Below the pieces are notes generated by a model. The model worked only from the letters and a program-made list of their open reading frames with translations, ran no database searches and was not told where the DNA came from. Below are positions 9,452-20,889 of a stretch of 64,000 nt of DNA, piece by piece. The position numbers were made by a program, and so were the translations under genes. Each line of letters begins with the position of its first letter. Within the stretch, counting starts at the first letter, position 1. Source of the stretch: Rhizobium sp. Q54 (GTDB lineage Bacteria; Pseudomonadota; Alphaproteobacteria; UBA2966; CAIVPW01); NCBI GenBank assembly GCA_945889645.1, contig CAMDCA010000006.1:472-64471 (forward strand), written 5' to 3'.

Positions 9452-10476
9452 GCGATCCGCGCAAACCCATCGAGGTGGATGCCGGGTCGGTGCGTTCTGT
9501 TGGAACGCCGCCGCCGCCGTCGGTCGCGCCGCTGGAATTGGCGGCGACGGTCACCCGGCCGGCGCCGCCCGTCCAGGGTCCGATCGTCCTCCTGCCGCCG
9601 CCGCGCCACCTATTGGCCAAGACCTTCGGCGTCAGCCTGGGTTTGTTCGCGGTGGGTGCGGTCGGCCTGCAGCTATGGGAATTCGTCCTCGGCGCGTGGG
9701 CGCGCAACACGGCAGTCGGCACGTCGGTGGGCGTCATGCTGGGCATCGCGGCTGCCAGTGGCGCCTCTATTTTGTTGCGCGAATTCATTGGCTTCCAGCG
9801 TGAAATGCGTAAGTTACGCGAGGTCGATGCGTTGTCGCGGGAAGCGGCCGAACTGCTGGCCGGGAAGGGGCATGGGCGCGCGTTGCGCCTGGCGGCGCGG
9901 ATCGTCGATCCGCTGCGCCAACGGGCCGAGCTGGCCGACGCCATCGAGCACTTCCGGCGTGCCGCGACGACGGCGCACTCCGATGCGCAGGTCCTCGACC
10001 TGCTGGCCGACGCCGTGGTGCGCCCGCTCGACCGGCTGGCGTACCAGGCGGTGTCGCGCGCCTCGCGCGACGCGGGTCTTGGCGTGACGATGAGTCCGTT
10101 CGGGCTGCTCGACGCCGGCATTGTCGTGTGGCGCGGCCTGCGCATGGTGCGCGAGGTCGCGGCCGTCTACGGCTTCCGGCCGGGCGTTTTCGCCCGCTGG
10201 GGCCTAGTGCGACGAATTCTCTACACGGCTGCCACCCAGGGCGCCGCCGACTTCGTTGCCGACGCACTGCTCAGCCATGTTGGTGCGCGGCTGGCCGGGT
10301 TGCTGTCGGCGCGGGTGGGCGAGGGTGTCCTGAGCGGCATGCGCATGGCACGGCTCGGCATCATCACCATGGCGGCGTGCCGGCCGCTGCCATTCCAGGA
10401 GCAGGACAAAGTCTCCATCGCCCGGCTCGGCACCGAGGTGGCGAGCGCGCTCGGGAGCACCGAGCCGCGCTCCTAA
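9448..10476 (+). CDS. ycjF: YcjF-family inner-membrane protein (UPF0283/DUF697)
   Basis: 342 aa. Two adjacent hydrophobic helices near the N-terminus (LGLFAVGAVGLQLWEFVLGAW.., VGVMLGIAAASGASILL) and a C-terminal DUF697-like region. Translationally coupled to ycjX. Confidence 0.75.
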   Translation: MSDPRKPIEVDAGSVRSVGTPPPPSVAPLELAATVTRPAPPVQGPIVLLPPPRHLLAKTFGVSLGLFAVGAVGLQLWEFVLGAWARNTAVGTSVGVMLGIAAASGASILLREFIGFQREMRKLREVDALSREAAELLAGKGHGRALRLAARIVDPLRQRAELADAIEHFRRAATTAHSDAQVLDLLADAVVRPLDRLAYQAVSRASRDAGLGVTMSPFGLLDAGIVVWRGLRMVREVAAVYGFRPGVFARWGLVRRILYTAATQGAADFVADALLSHVGARLAGLLSARVGEGVLSGMRMARLGIITMAACRPLPFQEQDKVSIARLGTEVASALGSTEPRS

Positions 10477-10493
10477 GGTAGGCTGCACCAAGC

Positions 10494-11990
10494 ATGCAGC
10501 AAGGCCCCGAAATCCTGCCCGAAATACTGAGCGTCGAACAGCACGCCGCGGCGGATCGCCTCGCCGTTGCGGCCGGCGTGCCCCTCGGCCAGCTCATGGA
10601 GGCGGCCGGCCAGGCGGTTGCCGACGCCATCGTGGCGCGCTGGAGTCCGCGGCCCACCCTCGTGCTGTGCGGACCCGGCAACAACGGCGGCGACGGCTTT
10701 GTGGCGGCGCGCCATCTGCGTGCGGCGGGTTGGCCGGTGCGGGTCGCGGCGCTGGGCGAATCAAGAAGCGAGTCGGCTGCGGCGCGCGCGGGCTGGGTGG
10801 GGCCGATCGAGACCTTTGCGCCGCCGGTGCTCGGCGGGGCCGAACTCGTCATCGATGCCTTGTTCGGGGCGGGGTTGTCCCGGCCGCTGGAAGGCTTCGC
10901 GGCAGAGACCCTGCGGGCCGTCGCGGCCCAAAAGGTTCCGGTGGTGGCGGTGGATGTTCCGAGCGGCGTTTCGGGCGACGGCGGGACCGCGGATCCCGCG
11001 ACGCCCGCGGCGGTCCTCACCGTCACCTTCTTTCGCAAGAAACCAGCGCATCTTCTTTATCCAGCAAGAAAGTTATGTGGCGAGGTTGTCGTCGCCAGTA
11101 TCGGAACGCCTAGCTCGGCGATGGCCCAGCTCGGCGTGACGACCTGGGAGAACAGCCCGGCGATCTGGCGCCTGCCGGGCCTCGCCGTCGAGGGCCACAA
11201 GTACCAGCGCGGCCATGTCTTGGTGTTGAGCGGTGGCGCGACCAGCTCCGGCGCCGCCCGGCTGGCGGCGGAGGGTGCGCTGCGTGCCGGCGCCGGCCTT
11301 GTCACCGTGGGTGGCTCTGCCGACGCGCTCCGCGTTCACGCCGAGCACGTCACCGAGGTGCTGCTCGAACCCATCGAAAGCCCGGCGGACGTCGCCAAGG
11401 CGCTGGGTGAGCGGCACCGCAATGTCGTGGTCGTCGGTCCCGGCAACGGAGTCTCGCAGGGCACTCGGGCCAATGTTCTGGCCGCCCTGCGCGCGGGTGC
11501 CGCATGCGTGCTGGATGCAGATGCGCTGACGTCGTTCGCCTCCGAACGAGAGACGCTATTCGCGGCGCTGCGGCTGGGGTGCGTGCTGACGCCACACGAC
11601 GGCGAGTTCGCGCGCCTGTTTCCTGCCGCGTCGGTGTTACCGGACCGGCTGTCGCGGGCTCGCGCCGCGGCGGCCGAGGCGCGGGTGGTCGTTCTGCTGA
11701 AGGGCCCGGACACCGTCATCGCGCACCCCGATGGCCGCGCCATCATCAACGCCAACGCGCCGGCGACGCTGGCCACGGCCGGCAGCGGCGACGTGCTGGC
11801 CGGGTTCATCGCCGGTCTGCGGGCCCAGGGGATGGGCGCGTTCCTGGCCGCCGCGGCGGGGGCCTGGCTGCATGGGGAGGCGGCGCGGCGCTTTGGGCCG
11901 GGTCTGATTGCTTCGGATATCCATCGGACCCTGCCGGCGGTCTTGGCTGACCTCCAGGACCGGGGTGGTGCTGGGCCGGCCTCCGACTAG
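10494..11990 (+). CDS. nnr: Bifunctional NAD(P)H-hydrate repair enzyme (epimerase / ADP-dependent dehydratase)
   Basis: 498 aa. The YjeF N-terminal motif LVLCGPGNNGGDGFVAARHL is followed by a carbohydrate-kinase-like half: HKYQRGHVLVLSGGATSSGAARLAAEGALRAGAG...ATAGSGDVLAG. Confidence 0.9.
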   Translation: MQQGPEILPEILSVEQHAAADRLAVAAGVPLGQLMEAAGQAVADAIVARWSPRPTLVLCGPGNNGGDGFVAARHLRAAGWPVRVAALGESRSESAAARAGWVGPIETFAPPVLGGAELVIDALFGAGLSRPLEGFAAETLRAVAAQKVPVVAVDVPSGVSGDGGTADPATPAAVLTVTFFRKKPAHLLYPARKLCGEVVVASIGTPSSAMAQLGVTTWENSPAIWRLPGLAVEGHKYQRGHVLVLSGGATSSGAARLAAEGALRAGAGLVTVGGSADALRVHAEHVTEVLLEPIESPADVAKALGERHRNVVVVGPGNGVSQGTRANVLAALRAGAACVLDADALTSFASERETLFAALRLGCVLTPHDGEFARLFPAASVLPDRLSRARAAAAEARVVVLLKGPDTVIAHPDGRAIINANAPATLATAGSGDVLAGFIAGLRAQGMGAFLAAAAGAWLHGEAARRFGPGLIASDIHRTLPAVLADLQDRGGAGPASD

Positions 11991-12475
11991 GGTCGTCGAA
12001 GAGACCGTGGCCCCGCTTCAGCTTGCGGCGGTTGCGGGAAGCGCGGGCTTTGCTCCCCTCGGAGTGAACGTCGTCCTCTATCTATCGGGGGCAACGCCAG
12101 AATTCACGTTCGAGTGCGGCGTGCGGGCCGCATCCGTATCCCCACCGCGGCACTGTCCGCGGCATCCGGACGCCGGGCGGAGGGGTGGTGCGCAGCACCC
12201 ATTGGGGGCCGTACGCAGAGGGTGCAAGCAGCACGGCCGAGCCATCGCGGGGGTCAACCGGGAGTTCTACGGGCACTGGAGCGACGATCCGGATGAGCTG
12301 CGCACCGACCTCTACTATCCGCTGCGGTGAGCCGGCCGATCCCCGCCGAACGGCCAGAGGCCGAGGGCGAATCCCCTGTGGTAACCCACCAACTGTGATA
12401 AGAAGGCGCCCTTCGTTTCTCGGCGGGCGACCTGTGTCGCGATGCGGTCCGTAGCCCGTCGAGTGCAAGCTGGAC

Positions 12476-12561
12476 GCGGCTGTGGTGGAATTGGCAGACA
12501 CGCATGCCTTAGGAGCATGTGCCCTTCGGGCTTGGGGGTTCGAGTCCCTCCAGCCGCACCA
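12476..12561 (+). tRNA. tRNA-Leu (anticodon TAG)
   Basis: 86 nt. Acceptor GCGGCTG/CAGCCGC, anticodon stem CATGC/GCATG with loop CTTAGGA, a long variable arm (TGCCCTTCGGGCT), T-arm GGGGGTTCGAGTCCCTC and an encoded CCA. Confidence 0.95.
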
Positions 12562-12633
12562 ACTTGCCCCCGGACCAAAACGTGCCAGGCCTAACGACAC
12601 GAGATTCCAGCAACCCTTCTTACTGAGCGAGCA

Positions 12634-14034
12634 ATGCAGGTAACGGAAACCAATGCCGAGGGTCTTCGGCGCGAGTTGAAGATCGTCATCGATGCGCGCG
12701 ACCTGACCGACCGCATGGCGGCACGGCTCGATCGCCTCAGCAGCACCATGCAGATGCCCGGCTTCCGCCGCGGCCGGGTGCCGAAGACTCTGCTTAAGCA
12801 GCGCTACGGCAAGGCGTTGATGGGCGAAGTGCTGGAGGAGACGGTTTCAACGTCGAGCCAGGCCGCAATCGCCGAGCGCTCGCTCCGGCTCGCCTCGCAG
12901 CCGCGCGTTGAGATCAAGGAATTCAACGAAGGCAAAGACCTCGAATACACGCTCGCGTTCGAGGTCATGCCGGAGTTCGATGTCGGCGATCTCGCCAAGT
13001 TGCAGATCGAGCGCCTGGTCGCCGAGCCCGGCGACAAGGACATCGGCGACGCCATCGACCGCCTGACCAGCGCCCAGCGCAAGTTCGGCCCGGCGGCGGA
13101 CGGCTACGAGGCCAAGAAGGGCGACCTGCTGACCATGGACTTCGTCGGCACCGTCGACGGCGTCGAGTTCGACGGCGGCAAGGCCGAGGGCGCGCGCGTT
13201 GAGCTGGGCCAGAACCAGTTCATCCCGGGCTTCGAAGACCAGCTCATTGGCGCCAAGGTCAATGAACCCCGCACCCTCACAGTGACTTTCCCGAGCGACT
13301 ACAGCGTGCGCTTCCTCGCCGGCCGCGAGGCGACGTTCAGCGTCACCGTGAAGACCATCGCCATCCCCGAAGACGCCAAGATGGACGACGACCTCGCCAA
13401 GGCCCTGGGCCTGGAGAACGTCGATGCCGTGCGGGCGGCGGTGAAGGAGCAGCTGGCGAAGGACTTCGGCGCCGTCTCGCGCCGCCGCATGAAGCGCGCA
13501 GTGCTCGACAAGCTTGCCGACATGCACGGCTTCGACGTGCCGCCGGGACTGGTGGAGGCCGAATTCGGCGCCATCTGGGGCGAGGTCGATGCGGCGCGCA
13601 AGCGCGGCCAGCATGAGCCGGGCGACGAGAACAAGTCCGAGGACGAACTCAAGGAGCAGTACCGCACGCTGGCGACGCGCCGCGTTCGCTTGGGCCTGGT
13701 CCTTGCAGAGGTCAGCCGCCGTAACAATATCGCGGTGAATTCCGAGGAGATCGAGCGCTCGATCAGCCAGCAGGCGATGCGCTTCCCCGGCCAGGAGAAG
13801 TCGATCTACGCCTACTTCCGCAACAATCCGCAGGCGGTCGAAACCCTGCGCGGTCCGATTCTCGAGGACAAGGTCATCGACTTCATCATCGAGATGGCCA
13901 AGGTCACCGACCGCACGGTGACCACCGAGGACCTGATGGACGAAAGCGACGAGGCGATCGGCGCCGAGTCGGCAGAGTCCGACAAGGGCGAAGGCAAGGC
14001 CAAGAAGAAGGCCAAGGCCAAGAAAGACGAGTAG
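12634..14034 (+). CDS. tig: Trigger factor
   Basis: 466 aa, MQVTETNAEGLRRELKIVI...PGFRRGRVP (ribosome-binding GFRxGxxP motif). Has a central FKBP-like segment (FIPGFEDQLIG) and sits immediately upstream of clpP-clpX-lon. Confidence 0.95.
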   Translation: MQVTETNAEGLRRELKIVIDARDLTDRMAARLDRLSSTMQMPGFRRGRVPKTLLKQRYGKALMGEVLEETVSTSSQAAIAERSLRLASQPRVEIKEFNEGKDLEYTLAFEVMPEFDVGDLAKLQIERLVAEPGDKDIGDAIDRLTSAQRKFGPAADGYEAKKGDLLTMDFVGTVDGVEFDGGKAEGARVELGQNQFIPGFEDQLIGAKVNEPRTLTVTFPSDYSVRFLAGREATFSVTVKTIAIPEDAKMDDDLAKALGLENVDAVRAAVKEQLAKDFGAVSRRRMKRAVLDKLADMHGFDVPPGLVEAEFGAIWGEVDAARKRGQHEPGDENKSEDELKEQYRTLATRRVRLGLVLAEVSRRNNIAVNSEEIERSISQQAMRFPGQEKSIYAYFRNNPQAVETLRGPILEDKVIDFIIEMAKVTDRTVTTEDLMDESDEAIGAESAESDKGEGKAKKKAKAKKDE

Positions 14035-14096
14035 CGGCCGCTAGCCGGGGCCTTTTCTAAAGCCCGCGTTTCTTACCAGGGGAGTCGACCAAACCC

Positions 14097-14756
14097 ATGA
14101 CGGATCACTACACGCGCATGCAGAACCTGGTGCCCATGGTGGTCGAGCAGACCAACCGCGGCGAGCGTGCGTACGACATCTATTCGCGCCTCCTGAAGGA
14201 GCGAATCATCTTTATCTCGGGCCCGATCGACGACGTGACGTCGAGCCTGGTGAACGCGCAGCTGTTGTTCCTGGAAGCGGAGAACCCGTCCAAGGACATC
14301 GCGATGTACATCAACTCGCCGGGCGGTATCGTCTCGTCCGGCCTGGCGATCTACGACACGATGCAATACATCCGGCCCAAGATATCGACCCTGTGCTTCG
14401 GCCAGGCGGCGTCGATGGGGTCGCTGCTGCTCGCCGCCGGCGCCGCCGGCCTGCGCTTCGCGCTGCCGAACGCCCGCATCATGGTCCACCAGCCCTCCGG
14501 CGGGTACTCGGGCCAGGCGTCGGACATCGAAATTCAGGCGCGCGAGATCCTCGCGCTGCGCGAGCGCCTGAATAGGATCTACGCCAAGCACACCGGTCAG
14601 ACCCTGGAGCGCATCGAGAAGAGCCTCGACCGCGACACGTTCATGACGGCCGAGGCGGCCAAGGAATTCGGCATCATCGACGAGATCCAGGCGCAGCGTC
14701 CGCGCCCCGAAGATGATGCCAAATCCGTAGAGAAGCTGCGGGTGAAGGGCGATTAG
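14097..14756 (+). CDS. clpP: ATP-dependent Clp protease proteolytic subunit
   Basis: 219 aa, [29 protein letters not shown]...[11 protein letters not shown] (catalytic Ser)...MVHQPSGG. Confidence 0.97.
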   Translation: MTDHYTRMQNLVPMVVEQTNRGERAYDIYSRLLKERIIFISGPIDDVTSSLVNAQLLFLEAENPSKDIAMYINSPGGIVSSGLAIYDTMQYIRPKISTLCFGQAASMGSLLLAAGAAGLRFALPNARIMVHQPSGGYSGQASDIEIQAREILALRERLNRIYAKHTGQTLERIEKSLDRDTFMTAEAAKEFGIIDEIQAQRPRPEDDAKSVEKLRVKGD

Positions 14757-14987
14757 CGTGGTCCCGGGTGGACAAGCGCTCAGTCGCAATTAACTCTTTC
14801 TTCACCATGATCGCGGTACGGTGACATCCGAAATACGCTGGGTGTCAGTTCCTGCTACGGCCTTTTTCGTGCCTGCCTCCGCTTCGTGGGGGCTTGCCAA
14901 GGGGGTTTGTAGTCAGGAAGCTCCGCGGATAACATCTAGGAGTAAGGAAGGCCGCGATCCACAAGATCCGGTCTCAAGCAGGCTCCC

Positions 14988-16247
14988 ATGACCAAGTCCG
15001 GCGACTCTAAGAACACGCTCTATTGCTCGTTCTGCGGCAAGAGCCAACACGAGGTCCGCAAGCTCATTGCGGGCCCGACCGTGTTCATCTGCGATGAGTG
15101 CGTCGAGCTCTGCATGGACATCATCCGCGAGGAGCACAAGAGTGCCCTCGTCAAGACTTCGGATGGGGTTCCGACGCCAGAGGACATCTGCGGCGTCCTC
15201 AACGACTACGTAATCGGCCAGGACTACGCCAAGCGCGTGCTCTCGGTCGCGGTGCACAACCACTACAAGCGGTTGTCGCACAGCGCCAAGTCGAACGACG
15301 TCGAACTCGCCAAGTCGAACATCCTGCTGGTCGGCCCGACGGGCTCCGGCAAGACGCTGTTGGCGCAGACGCTGGCGCGCATCCTCGATGTGCCGTTCAC
15401 GATGGCCGACGCGACGACGCTGACCGACGCCGGTTACGTCGGCGAGGACGTCGAGAACATCATTCTCAAACTGCTGCAGGCGGCCGACTACAACGTCGAG
15501 CGCGCGCAGCGCGGCATCGTCTACATCGACGAGGTCGACAAGATCAGCCGCAAGTCCGACAACCCGTCGATCACGCGCGACGTGTCGGGCGAAGGCGTGC
15601 AGCAGGCGCTGTTGAAGATCATGGAAGGCACGATTGCCTCCGTGCCGCCGCAGGGCGGGCGCAAGCATCCGCAGCAGGAGTTCCTGCAGGTCGATACGAC
15701 CAACATCCTGTTCATCTGCGGCGGTGCCTTTGCCGGCCTCGAGCGCCTGATCTCGGCGCGCAGCCAGGGCACCTCGATCGGCTTCGGCGCCGACGTTCGC
15801 TCGCCGGATGATCGCAAGACGGGCGAGGTGCTCAAGCACCTCGAGCCCGAGGATCTGCTCAAGTTCGGCCTGATCCCGGAATTCATCGGCCGTCTGCCGG
15901 TGGTGGCGACGCTGGAGGACCTGGACCAGAAGGCCCTCGTGGACATCCTGGTGCGTCCGAAGAACGCGCTGGTGAAGCAGTACCAGCGCCTGTTCGAGAT
16001 GGAGTCGGTCAAGCTGACGTTCTCGGACGACGCGCTGACGTCCATTGCCCGCAAGGCGATGGGCCGCAAGTCCGGCGCCCGCGGCTTGCGTTCGATCATG
16101 GAAGCCATTCTGTTGGACACCATGTTCGAACTGCCGAGCCTCGACGGCGTGGAAGAGGTGGTCGTCAATTCCGAGGTGGTCGAAGGACGGGCGCAGCCGC
16201 TGCGCATCTACTCCGAACGCCGCGAAGACAGCGCGACCGCTTCTTAG
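14988..16247 (+). CDS. clpX: ATP-dependent Clp protease ATP-binding subunit ClpX
   Basis: 419 aa. Zinc-binding N-terminus [29 protein letters not shown], Walker [15 protein letters not shown], Walker [10 protein letters not shown]. Confidence 0.97.
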   Translation: MTKSGDSKNTLYCSFCGKSQHEVRKLIAGPTVFICDECVELCMDIIREEHKSALVKTSDGVPTPEDICGVLNDYVIGQDYAKRVLSVAVHNHYKRLSHSAKSNDVELAKSNILLVGPTGSGKTLLAQTLARILDVPFTMADATTLTDAGYVGEDVENIILKLLQAADYNVERAQRGIVYIDEVDKISRKSDNPSITRDVSGEGVQQALLKIMEGTIASVPPQGGRKHPQQEFLQVDTTNILFICGGAFAGLERLISARSQGTSIGFGADVRSPDDRKTGEVLKHLEPEDLLKFGLIPEFIGRLPVVATLEDLDQKALVDILVRPKNALVKQYQRLFEMESVKLTFSDDALTSIARKAMGRKSGARGLRSIMEAILLDTMFELPSLDGVEEVVVNSEVVEGRAQPLRIYSERREDSATAS

Positions 16248-16280
16248 TCGGTCGGCAACAGAACGGCGCGCGAGCGCCTA

Positions 16281-16306
16281 GGACCAAGCAGCCCAGGACC
16301 AAGCAG
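16281..16306 (+). repeat. Direct repeat GGACCAAGCAG x2 (15-nt period) in the clpX 3' UTR
   Basis: GGACCAAGCAG occurs at 16281-16291 and again at 16296-16306, separated by CCCA. It lies between the clpX stop and its terminator. Confidence 0.6.
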
Positions 16307-16330
16307 ACTGTGCAGCCAAAGCATTTGAAG

Positions 16331-16367
16331 AGCCGAAGCGGAACCCCGCTTCGGCTCTTCTGCTTTT
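16331..16367 (+). terminator. Rho-independent terminator after clpX
   Basis: AGCCGAAGCGG-aacc-CCGCTTCGGCT forms an 11-bp perfect stem, followed by CTTCTGCTTTT. Confidence 0.8.
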
Positions 16368-16546
16368 CGCTTAACCATACCGGCGGTGCGACCAGTGTGA
16401 CGCGGCGTCCACAGCGTACCTGTCCATTGTGACAACTACCCTTGATTCGGCTGTGTTCGCTTGCCACATCGTGTGGCAACAGGCACCCTGCGGAACTACC
16501 GCGGGTGCGTTCCGCTCGACGCCCCATCTGTGCGTCGCTGCATCCC

Positions 16547-16565
16547 GCTCCAGGCTTCCTGGAGC
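16547..16565 (+). promoter_or_regulatory. 8-bp perfect hairpin in the lon leader, 5 nt upstream of the SD
   Basis: GCTCCAGG-ctt-CCTGGAGC, followed by tcttaGTGAGGcgccATG. The structure is a sequence fact; any function is unknown. Confidence 0.3.
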
Positions 16566-16580
16566 TCTTAGTGAGGCGCC

Positions 16581-18989
<2,409 letters not shown>

Positions 18990-19023
18990 TGCAGGGTCGC
19001 AACAGGGGTCTGAAAACGACAGA

Positions 19024-19060
19024 AGGGGCGGGTTTTACTTAGAAATCCCGCCCCTTTTCC
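19024..19060 (+). terminator. Rho-independent terminator after lon
   Basis: GGGGCGGG...CCCGCCCC forms an 8-bp GC stem around a 14-nt loop, followed by TTTTCC. Confidence 0.65.
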
Positions 19061-19062
19061 CT

Positions 19063-19092
19063 TTGACGGCCGTATCAGGGGCGCACTAGACT
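19063..19092 (+). promoter_or_regulatory. Candidate sigma-70 promoter for hupB
   Basis: TTGACG (19063-19068), an 18-nt spacer, then TAGACT (19087-19092), about 65 nt before the hupB start. Motif match only. Confidence 0.3.
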
Positions 19093-19159
19093 TTGCGCCG
19101 CCGTCCGATCCTGGATCATTTTGACAACATTTTCTGCTGACCGCAGAGGGGGCTCAATC

Positions 19160-19432
19160 GTGAACAAGAACGATCTTGTGGCAGACGTTGCGCGTACGAC
19201 GAACCTTTCCAAAACGGATGCCGCCAAGGCCGTCGAACGCGTCTTCGAGTCGATCACCACGTCCCTGTCGAAGGGCAATGAGGTCAGGCTGGTAGGGTTC
19301 GGCACATTCACCGTCGCCAAGCGCGCAGCATCCGAGGGCCGTAATCCCCGGACCGGCGAGAAGATCCAGATCCCGGCGACTAAGCAGCCGAAGTTCAAGG
19401 CCGGCAAAGCCCTCAAGGACGCCGTCAACTAG
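19160..19432 (+). CDS. hupB: DNA-binding protein HU
   Basis: A GTG start preceded by AGAGGGGG gives a 90-aa VNKNDLVADVARTTNLSKTDAAKAVERVFESI...GFGTFTVAKRAASEGRNPRTGEKIQIPA, a canonical HU/IHF fold sequence. The ATG at 19121 would add an atypical 13-aa extension. Confidence 0.9.
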   Translation: MNKNDLVADVARTTNLSKTDAAKAVERVFESITTSLSKGNEVRLVGFGTFTVAKRAASEGRNPRTGEKIQIPATKQPKFKAGKALKDAVN

Positions 19433-19461
19433 ACGCGCCAAGGCTTTTCCCGAGATTGCTG

Positions 19462-19498
19462 GATCGGCCGCCCTATTAGGGCGGCCGATCTTGCTTTT
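19462..19498 (+). terminator. Rho-independent terminator after hupB
   Basis: GATCGGCCGCCC-tatta-GGGCGGCCGATC forms a 12-bp perfect stem, followed by TTGCTTTT. Confidence 0.8.
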
Positions 19499-19576
19499 GG
19501 GGGCCGTTTGCGGCTCGGACAGGCCGCAAGCCAAGCGATGCTGCGGGCCGAAGGGCAGGCGTGCTATCGGTTCCGT

Positions 19577-19651
19577 GGGCGATTAGCTCAGCGGTAGAGC
19601 ATCTCGTTTACACCGAGAGGGTCGGGGGTTCGAACCCCTCATCGCCCACCA
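19577..19651 (+). tRNA. tRNA-Val (anticodon TAC)
   Basis: 75 nt. Acceptor GGGCGAT/ATCGCCC, D-arm TAGCTCAGCGGTAGAGC, anticodon stem TCTCG/CGAGA with loop TTTACAC, T-arm GGGGGTTCGAACCCCTC and CCA. Confidence 0.95.
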
Positions 19652-19652
19652 C

Positions 19653-19681
19653 TTGACTACACATATCTCAGCGGTTATACG
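19653..19681 (+). promoter_or_regulatory. Candidate sigma-70 promoter for the ArsR-family operon
   Basis: TTGACT (19653-19658), a 17-nt spacer, then TATACG (19676-19681), inside a locally AT-rich 60-nt stretch just upstream of the ATG at 19713. Confidence 0.35.
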
Positions 19682-19712
19682 TAGATCAATAGCTTATAGG
19701 TTATTGGTCCCG

Positions 19713-20036
19713 ATGCCGAACCCCCACGAAGTGCTCTTCAGCGCGCTGGCCGATCCGACGCGCCGGGCCCTCTTTGAACGGCTGTGCCGCGAAGGGGAGC
19801 AGACGGTCGGGGCATTGACCGAGCAGGCAGGGGTCTCGCAGCCGGCTGTCTCAAAGCACCTCGGCGTCCTGAAACGTGCCGGGCTGGTGCGCGACCGCCA
19901 CGCCGGCCGTCAGACGCACTACTGCGCGCAAATCGGCGCCTTGGCGCCGCTGCTCGACTGGACCAGCCAGATGGCCGGGTTCTGGGAATCGCGCTTCGAC
20001 CACCTCGAAGACCTGCTCAAGAGGATGGATCAATGA
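19713..20036 (+). CDS. ArsR/SmtB-family transcriptional regulator (no obvious metal-site cysteines)
   Basis: 107 aa from the internal ATG. LADPTRRALFERLCREGEQTVGALTEQAGVSQPAVSKHLGVLKRAGLV is a winged HTH. It lacks the ELCVCDL-type motif. Confidence 0.85.
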   Translation: MPNPHEVLFSALADPTRRALFERLCREGEQTVGALTEQAGVSQPAVSKHLGVLKRAGLVRDRHAGRQTHYCAQIGALAPLLDWTSQMAGFWESRFDHLEDLLKRMDQ

Positions 20037-20482
20037 GCAAAGCCGTGACCCCGAGGCTCGCGACCGAGGAGAGGGCGGACGACTCTGCCTCCCGGCGGAT
20101 CGACGGACGCATCATGGAGCTTGGTGACTGGCGCGGCGAGATGCTCGCGCGCATCCGTGCGCTCATCTACAAGGCGGACCCCGACGTGGTCGAGGAGTGG
20201 AAGTGGCGCGGCGTTCCGGTGTTCGCGCATGACGGAATCCTCTGCACCGGCGAGACCTACAAGAGCGTCGTGAAGATGACTTTCTTCAAGGGCGCCTCGT
20301 TGGACGATCCAACCGGCATGTTCAATTCCAGCCTCGACGGCAACGCCCGGCGCGCCATCGATTTTCAGGAAGGCGAGAAGATCGATGAGAAGGCGCTGAA
20401 GGCCCTCATTTGCGCCGCCGTCGCATTGAACACCGCGGGTTCCGCCACTCGTCCTGTCCGCTCTCGCAAGAAAGCCCCCTGA
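20033..20482 (+). CDS. DUF1801 (YdhG-like) domain protein
   Basis: 149 aa; the start overlaps the ArsR stop (ATGA). The ...WRGEMLARIRALIYKADPDVVEEWKWRGVPVFAHDGILCTGETYKSVVKMTFFKGASLDDPTGMFNSSLDGNARRAIDFQEGEKIDEKALKALICAAVALN pattern is typical of DUF1801. Confidence 0.7.
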   Translation: MSKAVTPRLATEERADDSASRRIDGRIMELGDWRGEMLARIRALIYKADPDVVEEWKWRGVPVFAHDGILCTGETYKSVVKMTFFKGASLDDPTGMFNSSLDGNARRAIDFQEGEKIDEKALKALICAAVALNTAGSATRPVRSRKKAP

Positions 20483-20889
20483 CCAAGCTTGCGACCGAAG
20501 CGCGCTCCGTCGTCGTCGAACGCGACATTTCTTTTCCGCTGGAGAAGATCTGGCGCGCCCTCACGCAGCCACACCTGATCGAGGAGTGGCTGATGAAGCA
20601 TGACTTCAATCCGGTGGTGAACCACAAGTTCACGCTGCGCGGTGACTGGGGTTCGGTGGACTGCCAGGTGCGGGCGGTCGAGACGAACAAGACGCTGTCT
20701 TACACGTGGGACGCGATGGGTCTCGTGAGTGTCGTCAGCCGGACTCTGACCCCGACGAGCCAAGGCACCCACCTGCGCATGGAGCAGGCCGGCTTCCGGC
20801 CGGATCAGGAGCAGGCCTATCAGGGCGCCAAATACGGCTGGCAGAAGTTCTTTGCCGCCCTGGAAAAGGCAGTGGCGCAACCCGCCTAG
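20410..20889 (+). CDS. SRPBCC / AHSA1 (Aha1-like) domain protein; start uncertain
   Basis: SVVVERDISFPLEKIWRALTQPHLIEEWLMKHDF...LSYTW...GTHLRMEQAGF is typical of the ArsR-associated SRPBCC family. The only in-frame candidate starts are TTG 20410 (73-nt overlap with the upstream gene) or CTG 20479 (CTGA overlap). Confidence 0.75.
   Translation: MRRRRIEHRGFRHSSCPLSQESPLTKLATEARSVVVERDISFPLEKIWRALTQPHLIEEWLMKHDFNPVVNHKFTLRGDWGSVDCQVRAVETNKTLSYTWDAMGLVSVVSRTLTPTSQGTHLRMEQAGFRPDQEQAYQGAKYGWQKFFAALEKAVAQPA

Noticed and set aside
11991-12475. Tested whether the unassigned spacer could be tmRNA (two-piece alphaproteobacterial ssrA), RNase P RNA, 6S, SRP RNA or a cobalamin riboswitch
   Set aside because: I found no GGAAAGTCCGGGC-type RNase P core. 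There is no tRNA-Ala-like acceptor/T-arm, and no AND..AA tag reading frame followed by a stop. There is no SRP domain IV motif and no B12 box. The region stays unassigned (see findings) rather than being called as a known RNA.
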